Assembly (NCBI GenBank): GCA_040005235.1 | Contig: JBDTZG010000016.1 | Span: 36,066 to 100,065, forward strand | Reading direction: 5' to 3' | DNA: 64,000 nucleotides | DNA from: Acidobacteriota bacterium | Lineage (GTDB): Bacteria; Acidobacteriota; Thermoanaerobaculia; Multivoradales; UBA5704 | In this document: piece by piece, positions 1 through 12,484 of the stretch | Numbering within the stretch: position 1 is the stretch's first letter | Layout: every line of letters begins with the position of its first letter | Notes under the pieces: model-generated | What the model saw: the letters and a program-made list of their open reading frames with translations, nothing else | Database searches by the model: none | What the model was told of the DNA's origin: nothing | Position numbers and translations under genes: made by a program

Positions 1-239
1 ACGTCCGAGAGTCCCTCAATGTTGATCCAGGTGACGCTGTCGCGTTCCTTGTAACCGAACGCATCGTCGATTCGGTCGAGACGGCGCTCCTCGAAATGGT
101 TCGGTCCGTAGTCGATTAGTGTGATTTTGACCGGCCCCGTGCCGTCGGGAGAGGGCGTGAGAACGCCTGGGGCGCTGCCCGGCCGGAAGTTTTCGCGTTT
201 GAGGGAGGAGCGGCGGCTTTTGGATCGGGATCGCGACAT
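1..239 (-). CDS. corA: Magnesium/cobalt transporter CorA, N-terminal part (runs off the window start)
   Basis: Not in the ORF track. Hand translation from ATG at 239: MSRSRSKSRRSSLKRENFRPGSAPGVLTPSPDGTGPVKITLIDYGPNHFEERRLDRIDDAFGYKERDSVTWINIEGLSD; PG-x-x-PG, ITLIDY and VTWINxxGL are typical of the CorA N-terminus. Confidence 0.85.
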   Translation of the reverse strand, partial: MSRSRSKSRRSSLKRENFRPGSAPGVLTPSPDGTGPVKITLIDYGPNHFEERRLDRIDDAFGYKERDSVTWINIEGLSD

Positions 240-248
240 GCGATGAGG

Positions 249-857
249 CTATACCAACGGATCGCCGGGCAGAGGGAGAATAAGTTCGGCCATCTCGTCG
301 ACGGGTGGCGGCGGTGCAGCCGGGAAATCCTCCGCGGGCGGCGGCGCAAACGGCGACCGGGGCGCGCTCACGGTCGGACGATCGGCGGCGAGCCGGTTCT
401 GGGTCTGGCGGATTGCGGCGACCAGCTCGTCGAACACCCGCCGGGCCTTGCCGTGCCGGGGGCCGAAACGCATGCGGGTCCAGGTGCGGCGGCTCTGGAT
501 CGAGATCACCCAATCGGGTAGCAGAAAGCCGAGGACCGTAAAGACGATCGTCGGAGCCACGATCCCGAGCGCGATGGTGCCGCCGGTCCAGCTGGAGACC
601 GCGGCACCGACCGATCCGAGCAAAAGCCCGAGTAGACCGAAGGCGACGACCGAGCGGTAGTTGCGGCCCCGGTGAAGCGTCGCCAGCACCACCTCCTCGA
701 ACAACACCCGATGGCGGGTGATGCGGTAGAAGCTCGACGTGTCGACTTCGAGCGCCTCGCCGCGCCGGTAGACGCGGATCCGCTCGACCAGGCTCGCATC
801 TCGCGCGAGCAGGCGCCTTTCGGGCACCTCGCCCGGCGCGATCGGCTCGGCGATCAT
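249..857 (-). CDS. Hypothetical membrane protein (about 202 aa, two TM helices, Pro-rich tail)
   Basis: C-terminal part of ORF 249..1478; ATG at 857 overlaps the upstream TGA (ATGA); hydrophobic VVAFGLLGLLLG...IALGIVAPTIVFTVLGFLL. Confidence 0.7.
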   Translation of the reverse strand: MIAEPIAPGEVPERRLLARDASLVERIRVYRRGEALEVDTSSFYRITRHRVLFEEVVLATLHRGRNYRSVVAFGLLGLLLGSVGAAVSSWTGGTIALGIVAPTIVFTVLGFLLPDWVISIQSRRTWTRMRFGPRHGKARRVFDELVAAIRQTQNRLAADRPTVSAPRSPFAPPPAEDFPAAPPPPVDEMAELILPLPGDPLV

Positions 858-1516
858 TTCTTGCCTCCGCCGAGCGCCGCGACGCCGGCCGCCCCGGCGA
901 ACATCATGGCGATAAGCGCGAGGCCGAACAGCGTCAGGAATACGCCGAGGACGATCGCGAAAATCGGTCCGCCCCGCCCTCCGGCCTCGCGCCAGGCGCG
1001 TTTCTGACGCAAGCCCTGGACCGCGAGGGCGACCGCCGCGGGGCCGAGGACGATCCCGAGGCAGCTGGTGAGCCAGCCCAGGATCGCCAACGAGACCGCG
1101 AGACCCGAGGCGTCGAAGAAATGGACCTCGACCGCGGTGAACGAGCCTTCGCGGCTCAGGCGGTCGAAGCAGTCGGGGCAGAGCTCCTGGCCCTCCAACG
1201 GAATGCGGCAGAGCTCGCAGATGAAGACGCCGCAGCGCGAGCAAGTGGCGACTGCGGCGTGGTGGGGGTGCCGGGCGCACGGCGTGGCCCCGGCGGCGGG
1301 CGCCGGACCCGCGGCGAACGTGACGGCCGGACCGCTCGCGAAAGCGGCCTCCGGAAGCCGCACCACCGGTGCGGGAGGGGAAAAGGCGACCGCTTCGAAC
1401 GAAGTGCCACAGGCGGCGCAGGTCTCTTCGTCCGGTCGGTCGGTGAACTCCGGCAGTGCCGCCCGGCAGCGCGGGCATTGCAGCGGCCGGGGAGGGTAGG
1501 CGGTGCTCAGGGCCAA
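854..1516 (-). CDS. Zn-ribbon plus B-box-like zinc finger membrane protein with DUF4190-like TM hairpin
   Basis: CPRC...CAAC, then CARH-x8-CSRC-x4-CELC-x9-CPDC; C-terminal SLAILGWLTSCLGIVLGPAAVALA; TTG start at 1516 overlapping the RDD gene end (start uncertain). Confidence 0.7.
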   Translation of the reverse strand: MALSTAYPPRPLQCPRCRAALPEFTDRPDEETCAACGTSFEAVAFSPPAPVVRLPEAAFASGPAVTFAAGPAPAAGATPCARHPHHAAVATCSRCGVFICELCRIPLEGQELCPDCFDRLSREGSFTAVEVHFFDASGLAVSLAILGWLTSCLGIVLGPAAVALAVQGLRQKRAWREAGGRGGPIFAIVLGVFLTLFGLALIAMMFAGAAGVAALGGGKK

Positions 1517-2139
1517 TCGACCACCCGGGTTTTGGCCGCCATGTCGTGGATGCAGGTCCGCTCCGCGCCGAAGGCGGTCAGGTAGTTGATGATCCCCAGG
1601 CACGAGAGGAACCCGAACCCCTGCTGGACGACCGCGCGGGTCCAGGCCTGGCCGGGACGCACGTCGCTGCCGTCAGGAGAGACCACCTTGAGACCGATGA
1701 TCCGCTTGCCAATCGTCTGGCCGCTCCGCGCGATCTGGATGCCGTAATAGAGGATGCCGGCGACGAACCCGAAGCCCATCAGGACCAATTGCAGGATCAG
1801 CTGCGCCCCCGCGAACAGGCCGTCGTTGGTTCCCGGCTTCATCATCCCGCGCGGAATCAGCACCGCGAACATGACGACCATGGTGATCACGGCGAGCGGA
1901 ATGGCGAGGATCAAGCCATCGAGGAACAGCGCGCCGAATCGGCGGCCGATCGAGGCGAGGCGAAGTTGGCCGACCGCCGGAGCGGTCCCGGCGCGCAGGT
2001 CGAGCAGACGTTGGACCTTGCACTCGGCGCAGAAAGCCTGGCCGCCCAGCTCGACGTAGCAATCGGGGCAGAAGGTATTGCCGCAACGCGCGCAGTGGAC
2101 CAGGCCGTCCTCTACGTTCGGGTGATTCCTGCAAGGCAT
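1507..2139 (-). CDS. RDD-family membrane protein with N-terminal B-box-like zinc finger
   Basis: MPCRNHP...CARC...CPDC...CAEC; ASIGRRFGALFLDG, GQTIGKRIIGLKVV and IHDMAAKTRVV RDD motifs; GGAG before ATG 2139. Confidence 0.9.
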   Translation of the reverse strand: MPCRNHPNVEDGLVHCARCGNTFCPDCYVELGGQAFCAECKVQRLLDLRAGTAPAVGQLRLASIGRRFGALFLDGLILAIPLAVITMVVMFAVLIPRGMMKPGTNDGLFAGAQLILQLVLMGFGFVAGILYYGIQIARSGQTIGKRIIGLKVVSPDGSDVRPGQAWTRAVVQQGFGFLSCLGIINYLTAFGAERTCIHDMAAKTRVVDWP

Positions 2140-2279
2140 GATGAGGCTCCCGTCCGAGCGAATCGAACGATCCGCAAAGCTTCCGTGTCTATTCCAGCCG
2201 AAGGACCCGGATATGCTATCAGACACCCGAAGAGCGGACCGGTGTGACGGCCAGGCGCAGGAGGCGCCAAAACGACCGC

Positions 2280-2582
2280 ATGACCTCGACCCTTAGAACC
2301 TCCGGACCGCAGACCTGCGCCTATCACCCCGAGCGTCCGGCGCATGCCCTCTGCGTGTCTTGTCGCAAGCCGCTCTGCCGCGGCTGCGCGACGCCGTGGG
2401 AGGGGATTTTTCTCTGCGCCACCTGTCTCGCCGCCCGGCGTACGGCGGCGGAGGGGAGGGGGTCGTTTTGGGGTTGGGCGAGGCTGGCGCTGGGGATCGC
2501 TCTCGCGGCGGCTCTCGCCATATTTCTGGGCGCCTGGATGTCCGGTCTTTGGGCCGAGCTGCTGGCCGGAGCCGGCTCGTGA
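2280..2582 (+). CDS. Small B-box-like zinc finger protein with C-terminal TM helix
   Basis: CAYHP...CVSC...CRGC...CATC followed by LALGIALAAALAIFLGAW. Confidence 0.75.
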   Translation: MTSTLRTSGPQTCAYHPERPAHALCVSCRKPLCRGCATPWEGIFLCATCLAARRTAAEGRGSFWGWARLALGIALAAALAIFLGAWMSGLWAELLAGAGS

Positions 2583-3424
2583 GAGAGCGCCTGGGATTGG
2601 GCGAGCTGCTCGATCGAGCCGCGAACCTGGTCGCCCGCGAGCTGCCCGAACGCACGGCGCTTTGCGTGCTCGCGGTCCTCCCTTGGCGGCTGCTTCAGGT
2701 CTGGTGGCTCCATCGGCTGATCGAGATCTCCGCCGCCGCCACGCAGCATGGACGTTACCTGGTCTCGCTGTCGCTTTGGACCGTCGCCGCCCTGCCGCTC
2801 GCGTTTTGGGGGCGGGCGCAGCTCGCGCGCGGCTGTTCGATCGCCCTATCCGGCGAGGACGCTTCGCTCTCTCGCTCGCGCTTCGGCTTGCCGTGGCGTG
2901 CTTACGTCGCCGGTCTCTACGCGGCGCTGGTCGCCGCGGCGCTCTATCCGGCGATCGGTTGGATGATCCTCACCCTGCCGTTCATCACCCTCTATTCCGG
3001 GCTCGCGGCGGCCACGGCGCCTTACCAAGAGAGGCCGGGCCTCTGGGCGCCGCTCGGCACCGCGGCGCGCGGGTTCGGCTCGCCGCGGCTGCTCGCCGGT
3101 CTCTGGTTCACCGCAGGGGTCGGCGTGTTGATCGCCGCGATCCAGCTGTTCGTGGTGTTTCAGCTCGGCCTCGCGGCGGTGCAGACGGCGTTCGGGCTGT
3201 CCGACGTCTGGTGGGAGCGGACGCTGTCGCTCGACAACCGACTGTTCGTCCTGCTCCTCCTCGCCGGGGCGTGTCTCGCGGTCGAGCCGTTCTGGATCGC
3301 CGGCCTGTCGATCGTCGTCCAGCGCGGCCGGGCCCGGGCGAGCGGCGACGACCTCGCCGGATGGATCGCGGAGCTGGCCGAAGCGGACGCGACGGCCCGG
3401 GCCGAAGCGGAGAACGCCGCATGA
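2579..3424 (+). CDS. Multi-pass membrane protein of the MoxR-associated cluster
   Basis: GTG at 2579 overlaps the upstream TGA; LGLGELLDRA start; about six hydrophobic segments; stop overlaps the next ATG. Confidence 0.75.
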   Translation: MRERLGLGELLDRAANLVARELPERTALCVLAVLPWRLLQVWWLHRLIEISAAATQHGRYLVSLSLWTVAALPLAFWGRAQLARGCSIALSGEDASLSRSRFGLPWRAYVAGLYAALVAAALYPAIGWMILTLPFITLYSGLAAATAPYQERPGLWAPLGTAARGFGSPRLLAGLWFTAGVGVLIAAIQLFVVFQLGLAAVQTAFGLSDVWWERTLSLDNRLFVLLLLAGACLAVEPFWIAGLSIVVQRGRARASGDDLAGWIAELAEADATARAEAENAA

Positions 3425-4512
3425 GGCCAAGGCACTCGCTCGCGGCCTTTCTGACCGGCATTCTGGGAATCCTCGGTCTGTTCGCGATGGGGTCGTTCAC
3501 GCCGGCCCACGCCGCGAAGATCTCGGTGCCGGAGTACCGGGAGCGGTTGCTCGGAATCCGCGTTCAAATCGAGGCGGGAGATTGGGCGGGCGCGGCGCTC
3601 GCCTCCCGCGGACTGCTCGGCGACCGGGTGGCGATTCCGCGCGCCGCCGAGGAGGTGGCGCCCGATGGCTCGTTGCTCGGACCGATCGGCCGCGCGACCA
3701 ACCTCGCCGAGGCGCGCGGCCCCGGAGGCGAGCACGTCCGCCGCCTGAACCGCCTGACCGCAGAGCTGGCGAGCGCCGAAGGCGACGCGGCCGGCGGACC
3801 GATCGTCGCCGACCGGGCCAAGCTGGAGCGCCTGCGCGCGCAGGAAAAGCTCGCCGACCTGCCCGAAGGCGGCGCGCTGCCGAAAGCGAGCGTGCCCGAA
3901 GGGACGATCGACGCGCTCACCGATTTCTTCGCTCCGCTCACCCGGGTGTTGCGGGCGATCGGCCGGAAGATCCTCGACTGGCTCGACCGTATGTTCGAAG
4001 CGGGCAAGAAACCCAAGGGGGACGGGGCGGTTTCCACCCTGGCGATCGCCATCGCCGTGGTGATCGCGCTCGCGTTGGCCGGCGCGGCGATCCTCTACGT
4101 TCGGCGCCGCCGGAAGGGGGTAGCACCTGGCTCGCCCGACGAAGCGCCGGCGCCGCCCGCGGCGGACGACGATCCGCTGTCGCGCGAGGTGAACGAGTGG
4201 GAGCGCTACGCCCGCGAGCTGGAGCGGGCCGGGCGCACGCGCGAGGCGGTACGCGCCTGGTATCACGCGGTGCTGGTCGCCCTCTACCGGACCGGTTTCG
4301 TCCACTACCGGCGCGGACGGACCAATTGGGAGTATGTGGCGTCGCTCGCGCCGACGCTTTCGGTGCGCCCGGGGTTCGCCGATCTCACCCGGCGGTTCGA
4401 GCGCGAGTGGTACGGCCGCGACGAGAGCGACCTGGAAGCGCTGGCCGCGGCGGCCGAGGTCGCGGGCGGTTTGCTCGGAGAAGTTCGCAGCCTCGCGGGG
4501 AGCCCCGGTTGA
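3421..4512 (+). CDS. DUF4129 domain protein (signal peptide, one TM helix)
   Basis: MRPRHSLAAFLTG...AHA signal; C-terminal REAVRAWYHAVL...GRTNWEY...FEREWYG pattern. Confidence 0.85.
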   Translation: MRPRHSLAAFLTGILGILGLFAMGSFTPAHAAKISVPEYRERLLGIRVQIEAGDWAGAALASRGLLGDRVAIPRAAEEVAPDGSLLGPIGRATNLAEARGPGGEHVRRLNRLTAELASAEGDAAGGPIVADRAKLERLRAQEKLADLPEGGALPKASVPEGTIDALTDFFAPLTRVLRAIGRKILDWLDRMFEAGKKPKGDGAVSTLAIAIAVVIALALAGAAILYVRRRRKGVAPGSPDEAPAPPAADDDPLSREVNEWERYARELERAGRTREAVRAWYHAVLVALYRTGFVHYRRGRTNWEYVASLAPTLSVRPGFADLTRRFEREWYGRDESDLEALAAAAEVAGGLLGEVRSLAGSPG

Positions 4513-5807
4513 GCCGACGCGCGACCCTCCTGGTGGCAGCCGCGATCGGGGCTTACGTACTCGCCACGCTCGCCTGGGTCGCGGGCGACAAGCGTGCCGA
4601 GCGCTCGGCGTTCGAAAACCCCGGATCGAGCCTCGACCGCACCGCCTCCGGAACTTCGCTCGCGCGCGCCTTGCTGGCCGACCGCGCGGGCAAAGCCGGC
4701 AAAGCCGAAGTATTGCTCCGTCGGGTCGATCTCGAAGAGCTGCCGGCCGACGCCGTGGTCTTTCGCATCGGTCCGCCGGTGGCGCCGTTCCTCGGTCGGT
4801 GGACCGAGGAAGAGGAGGGCTCGAAAAAGGGCGACAAGCCCAAAGGCGGCGTCGGCGACGGAAAGAAAAACGAAGGCGACGGGAAGAAAGGCGACGGGAA
4901 AGGCGAGGGGAAGAAAGGCGACGGCGACGAGGGTGAGGAGGACGACGAGGAACCGGTCCATCCGGATCCCTTGCTCACCGACGGCGAAGAAGCCTGGGTG
5001 CAGGCGGGCGGGAGGCTGGTGCTCGCGGTGGGGTCGGGCTACGGGCCGCTCGAGATCGTCGACCTGCCGCAGAAGGCCCGCGTCTCGAAAGTCTTTCCGC
5101 TTTGGCCCGGCGTCCGCCGGATCGAGCCGAACCCTCCGCGCGCTCTTTCGGGAGATCCGCTGGCGCTCGCAAGCACCGTGTTTCTGGCCGGCGAAAAGCC
5201 GCTGGTCGCCCGATTGAGACTCGGGCGCGGTGAGGTGATCCTGCTCGCCTGCCCGGAGATCTTTGCCAACGATCGGCTGGCGAAAGGCGACCACCTGGCA
5301 CTGCTCGAAGCGCTCGCGGGGCCGGCCGGCGCGCGGCCGATCTATTTCGACGAGCGCGCCCATGGGCTCGAACGGCAGCGGGGAACGCTGTCGATGCTCA
5401 CGGATTGGGGTTTCGGACCGGCGCTGCTGCTCGGGTTCCTCGCCGTGCTCGCCGCGTACTGGCGCGCGCGTTCGCCCTTGGGGCCGCCGGAGCGCGACGA
5501 CCCTGACCTTAGAAGCGACGCGGTCGATCTGGTCGACTCTCTCGGCGAGCTGTACGACCGCGCTCTCCGTCGGGTCGATGCCCTACGAGTTCATTACGAC
5601 AATCTGGTCCGCACCGTCGCGGCCGAGACGGGGCTTTCGGGCACTGCGCTCGGCGCGCGGATGGCGCTCCTGCTTCCGGGATTTTCGCCGCCTGCCGTCG
5701 GGGCCGCGGAGATCTCGCGCGAGGAGCTTCACCGCCAATTGCGGATCGTTAACGTTGCGTTCGGGAGGATCGATGTCCGAGAACACAGAACCAAGCGCCG
5801 AGCCTAA
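4509..5807 (+). CDS. DUF4350 domain protein
   Basis: TTG overlaps the upstream stop; N-terminal TM; SSLDRTASGT, WVQAGGRLVLA, GRGEVILLA..IFAN, IYFDE; K/G/D/E low-complexity insertion. Confidence 0.8.
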   Translation: MSRRATLLVAAAIGAYVLATLAWVAGDKRAERSAFENPGSSLDRTASGTSLARALLADRAGKAGKAEVLLRRVDLEELPADAVVFRIGPPVAPFLGRWTEEEEGSKKGDKPKGGVGDGKKNEGDGKKGDGKGEGKKGDGDEGEEDDEEPVHPDPLLTDGEEAWVQAGGRLVLAVGSGYGPLEIVDLPQKARVSKVFPLWPGVRRIEPNPPRALSGDPLALASTVFLAGEKPLVARLRLGRGEVILLACPEIFANDRLAKGDHLALLEALAGPAGARPIYFDERAHGLERQRGTLSMLTDWGFGPALLLGFLAVLAAYWRARSPLGPPERDDPDLRSDAVDLVDSLGELYDRALRRVDALRVHYDNLVRTVAAETGLSGTALGARMALLLPGFSPPAVGAAEISREELHRQLRIVNVAFGRIDVREHRTKRRA

Positions 5808-6849
5808 GGCGATCGAGGAAGCCCGGGCGGCGGAACCCGCCGTTGGGGCGGACGCGCGGGCGGAACCCGCAGTAGCCACGTCCGCCCTTTCGGCTGAAAC
5901 CGCGCGGGTCTCCGAGCGCTTCGCCGCGCTTTCCGCCCAGCTCGATCGCGTGGTGATCGGCCAGGGGAGGGTGAAGGAGCAGCTGCTCGCCTGCCTGCTC
6001 GCGGGCGGCCACGCGCTGCTCGAAGGGGTCCCCGGCACCGCGAAGACGCTGCTCGCGCTCGGCCTGTCGCGTCTGCTCGGCGGACGCTTCCGGCGCATTC
6101 AGTTCACCCCCGATCTGATGCCCGCGGATCTTTTGGGCACGAACATCTTCAATCCCAAGACCCAGGAATTCGACTTCCGCTCCGGGCCGATCTTCTGCGA
6201 CCTGCTGCTCGCCGACGAGGTGAACCGCACACCGCCGCGCACCCAATCCGCGCTGCTCGAAGCGATGCAGGAACGGGCTGCGACGATCGACGGCGAGCGG
6301 CGGCCGATCTCGCCGGTATTCCTGGTCGTCGCGACCCAGAACCCGATCGAGTTCGAGGGGACCTATCCGCTGCCGGAAGCGCAACGCGATCGCTTTCTGC
6401 TCAAGATCTCGATCGAGGTCCCTAACGCGGAAGAGGAAACCGCGGTGCTTGCCGCCTACGCCTCCGGCCATCGGCTGCATGAGGAGGTGGCGAATCTTCA
6501 GCCGATGATGTCGATTTCGGAGCTGGTCGCCGCGCGCCAGCTGGTATCGGAGCGGGTGCGGGTCGAGCCGGCGCTGCTCTCCTACATCCAGCGCGTGGTG
6601 GCAAAGACCCGCGATCACGAATCTGTCCAGATCGGAGCCGGCCCGCGTGCCTCGCTCGCGCTGCTCGACGTGGCCCGCGCCATCGCCCTCCTGCGCGGGC
6701 GCGATTTCGCCACGCCGGACGACGTCAAGGAAATGGCTGAGCCGGTACTCGTCCACCGGGTGATCCTCACCCCCGAGGCGGAGATGGAAGGCGTGCGCCT
6801 CGCCGACCTACTGCGCAGGATCTTCGAGCAGGTGGAGGTCCCGCGCTGA
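5773..6849 (+). CDS. moxR: MoxR-family AAA+ ATPase
   Basis: GGAGG then ATG 5773; HALLEGVPGTAKT (Walker A), RIQFTPDLMPAD, LLADEVNRTPPRTQSALLEAMQE, ATQNPIEFEGTYPLPEAQRDRF. Confidence 0.95.
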   Translation: MSENTEPSAEPKAIEEARAAEPAVGADARAEPAVATSALSAETARVSERFAALSAQLDRVVIGQGRVKEQLLACLLAGGHALLEGVPGTAKTLLALGLSRLLGGRFRRIQFTPDLMPADLLGTNIFNPKTQEFDFRSGPIFCDLLLADEVNRTPPRTQSALLEAMQERAATIDGERRPISPVFLVVATQNPIEFEGTYPLPEAQRDRFLLKISIEVPNAEEETAVLAAYASGHRLHEEVANLQPMMSISELVAARQLVSERVRVEPALLSYIQRVVAKTRDHESVQIGAGPRASLALLDVARAIALLRGRDFATPDDVKEMAEPVLVHRVILTPEAEMEGVRLADLLRRIFEQVEVPR

Positions 6850-6920
6850 AATCCGCGGCGCTCCCCGGGCCGATCAAGCCGCGCGGCGGATGGCGGCCGA
6901 CGCCGCGGGCGATTCGGGCG

Positions 6921-8226
6921 GTGGGCCTCGCTGCGGGCGTGGCCCTGCTCGCGCCCTGGCAACCCTGGCTCGCCGGGGTCGCCGCGTTCGCGGCGCTCGG
7001 CGTCGGACTGCTCGCCTTGCGCGAGCGTTCCGTGCTGAAACGCTTCGCCTTCGTCGCCGAGCGGCCCGAGCGGTTGGTGCTGTCGCTCGGTGAAGACGAG
7101 CAAGTGCCGCTCGCGATCCACGTGCGGAATGTTCGCGAGGGGCTTGCCGGAACGAGTCTCACGCTCCGCCTGCGCCAGCTTTGGCCCGATCTGATCGACC
7201 GACGGGCGAGCGCGGCCGACGCGGTCGTGCCGCTACGGGCGGGTTCCGTCTCCGCTGCTTTCGAGCTGCCGGTGCGGGCGGTGAAGCGGGGGAACGCGAC
7301 GCTCCGCGCACCCTGGCTCTCGGTGAGCCGCGACGGCTGGATCGAGCGAATTCTGGAAGTGACAGAGCAGGAGGGGGAGGAATCGTCGATCACCGTCCTG
7401 CCGAGCTTGCTCGCCGTCCGCCGGATGCGCCGCGAGCTCGATCGGATGTTTCTTTCGGGACTCGGCTCGCGCGCCGCGCCACGGCTCGGCAAAGGGCGAG
7501 ATTTCGACCGTCTGCGCGAGTACGTTGCGGGCGATGATTTGCGCGACGTGGCGTGGAAATCGACCGCCAAGCACGGCAAGCCGATCACCCGCGAATACCG
7601 GCTCGACCGCGCGCAGGACGTGCTGATCTGTGTCGACCGAGGCCACCGCATGGCGGCGCGGGTGGGGCCGCTCACCAGGCTCGATCACGCCGCGAACGCC
7701 GCCGTGCTGCTCGGTTCGATCTGCGACCGGATGGAGGATCGCGTCGGCTTCCTGGGGTTTGACGACGACGCCGATGCGAGCAGCGGCCCCACCAGCCTCG
7801 GCCAGGGCCGCGGGATGGCCCACCTGCGCGCGCTCACCGCCCGCGCCGCCGAGATCCGCACAGCCGACCGGCCGACCGATTACCTGGCGCTCGCCGCCCA
7901 CGTCCGGCGCCGGTTGAAGACCCGGTCGCTGGTGGTGATCGTGACCGTCCTTCCCGAGCTGGACGAAGAGCGCACCCTGGCCCGCGCGGTGGCCCAACTG
8001 ATGCCCAAGCACGTCGCGGTGGTCCTCACCTTTGCCGATCCCGCACTCGAGACGCAAGCGACCGCCCTGCCGACCGAAAAACCCGATCTCTGCCGCGCAC
8101 TCGTCGCCCGTGACCTCTGGGTCGAACGCCGCCGAACCCTCGCCGACCTGCGCCGCCGGGGAGCCCTGGTGGTCGAGGCGCCCCCGGGCGACGCGGGCAT
8201 CGAGGCGGTGAACGCTTATTTGGAGG

Positions 8227-8249
<23 letters not shown>
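6921..8249 (+). CDS. DUF58 domain protein (MoxR partner)
   Basis: GRDFDRLREYVAGDDLRDVAWKSTAK motif; immediately after moxR; exact start uncertain. Confidence 0.9.
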
Positions 8250-10947
<2,698 letters not shown>

Positions 10948-10957
10948 GAGGAGAACA

Positions 10958-12484
10958 CTACGCCCGATCGACCGCCCGTTGTATCAAAACCAACGCGCCT
11001 CCGCAGCACAACCCCGCGAGCCCCAGCAGTGCCATACCCCCGAACCCTCCCGGGTTCTCACCGGCAAGCAGCGCGCCTCTCCAGGCGTCGACGGTGACCG
11101 AGAGCGGATTGAACCGGGCAATCGCCGACAACCAGTCAGGCATCACGCGATGCGGCACCAGCGCGGTGCTGGTGAAGAAGAGCGGCATGTTCACCAGATG
11201 GACGAACGTCGCCATCCCCTCCTGCGAACGGGTAACGAAGGCGAGGATCGAGGAGAGCGCGGCGAAGGCGGCGGCGAAGAGGGCTAGATAGAGGAGGGCG
11301 ATCGCGGAGGCCGCCGGAGCCCAGAGGAGGTGGGCACCGAGGAGGCGGGCGAGGAGGAGGACGACGAGCGCCTGCACCACCAGGCGCGCCACGTCGGCCG
11401 CGAGCTTACCGGCCAGGATTGGGGCGGGGCCTGCCGGTGCGGCGAGAAGGCGGGGGAGAAATCCGGTTTGGAGGTCGCGAATCCAGCCGATGCCGGATTG
11501 CGAGGCGCCGAACAGGAGGGTCATCACGCTCACTCCCGGCGCCAGGTAATCGAGATAGGTCGTGTGGCCCGATGGGTCGAGCTGGAAGCGGTGGAAGAGA
11601 AAGCCGAAAAAGAGCATCCAGATCAGAGGCTGGCCGAGCGAAAAGGTGAGCAGGACCGGCCGGCGAAGGACGGCGCGGGTGGTGCGGCGGGCGACGGCGC
11701 GTACGGCATCGAGGGGGAGAGCCGTGTGGCCGGTGGACCTGGTGGCGAAACGGTTCGGCTGGGGTAGGGGCGAGGCATGCCTCGCTCCTACGACCTGTTG
11801 ATCGATCCACCCCTTCTCCAGCACCACCACCCGATCCGCCGCTTCGGCCGCGACGTGATCGTGGGTTGAGATCACCACGGTCACTCCGCGCGCCGCGCGC
11901 CTGCCAAGCTCTTCCCAGAGCATCGCCGTGCCTTCGGCGTCGAGGCCGGCGGTCGGCTCGTCGAGCAGCAGCAGGGCGGGGTCGTGGATCATCCCGGCCG
12001 CGAGATGCAGCCGGCGCTTCTGTCCTCCGGACCAGGTGGCGACGGGCCGGTCGAGCGGCTTTTCGATGCCGAAGGCGGCGGCGATCTCGGCGATCCGTGT
12101 CGCGCGGCGGGCGTGTGGCACGGCGTGGAGCGCGGCGATCAGGTCGAGCGTCTCGCGGCCGGACATCTCGGGATCGAGCGCGAGGTCCTGGGGGACGAAC
12201 CCGAGATCGGCTCGGAGCTCTTTCTGTTCCAACCTCCCCGCCTTTGCGGGCTCGTCCACTCCGAGCACCGTAACCGTTCCCGCACTCGTCGCCAGGCGCC
12301 CGGCGAGAATGCGGAGCAGCGTACTCTTGCCCGCGCCGTTCGGTCCGAGCAGCGCGGTGACCGTGCCGCGCGGCAGGTCGAGGTCGAGGTCTGTGAGGGC
12401 GGCGACGGCGCCGAAATCCTTCCGGACGCGGCGGAGGGAGGCCGCGAGGTCGGAGGGTTTCGGCGCCGATTCTTCAGTCGGCAT
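10958..12484 (-). CDS. ABC-2 type exporter with ATPase and permease fused in one polypeptide
   Basis: GPNGAGKST, WSGGQKRR, LLLLDEPTAGLD, STH, then a six-TM ABC-2 permease (MPDWLSAIARFNPLS). Confidence 0.9.
   Translation of the reverse strand: MPTEESAPKPSDLAASLRRVRKDFGAVAALTDLDLDLPRGTVTALLGPNGAGKSTLLRILAGRLATSAGTVTVLGVDEPAKAGRLEQKELRADLGFVPQDLALDPEMSGRETLDLIAALHAVPHARRATRIAEIAAAFGIEKPLDRPVATWSGGQKRRLHLAAGMIHDPALLLLDEPTAGLDAEGTAMLWEELGRRAARGVTVVISTHDHVAAEAADRVVVLEKGWIDQQVVGARHASPLPQPNRFATRSTGHTALPLDAVRAVARRTTRAVLRRPVLLTFSLGQPLIWMLFFGFLFHRFQLDPSGHTTYLDYLAPGVSVMTLLFGASQSGIGWIRDLQTGFLPRLLAAPAGPAPILAGKLAADVARLVVQALVVLLLARLLGAHLLWAPAASAIALLYLALFAAAFAALSSILAFVTRSQEGMATFVHLVNMPLFFTSTALVPHRVMPDWLSAIARFNPLSVTVDAWRGALLAGENPGGFGGMALLGLAGLCCGGALVLIQRAVDRA
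11764..11791. repeat. GTAG-type REP-like palindrome inside the ABC gene linker
   Basis: GTAGGGGCGAGGCA-TGCCTCGCTCCTAC: 28-bp inverted repeat with one mismatch; encodes VGARHASPL on the coding strand. Confidence 0.75.
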
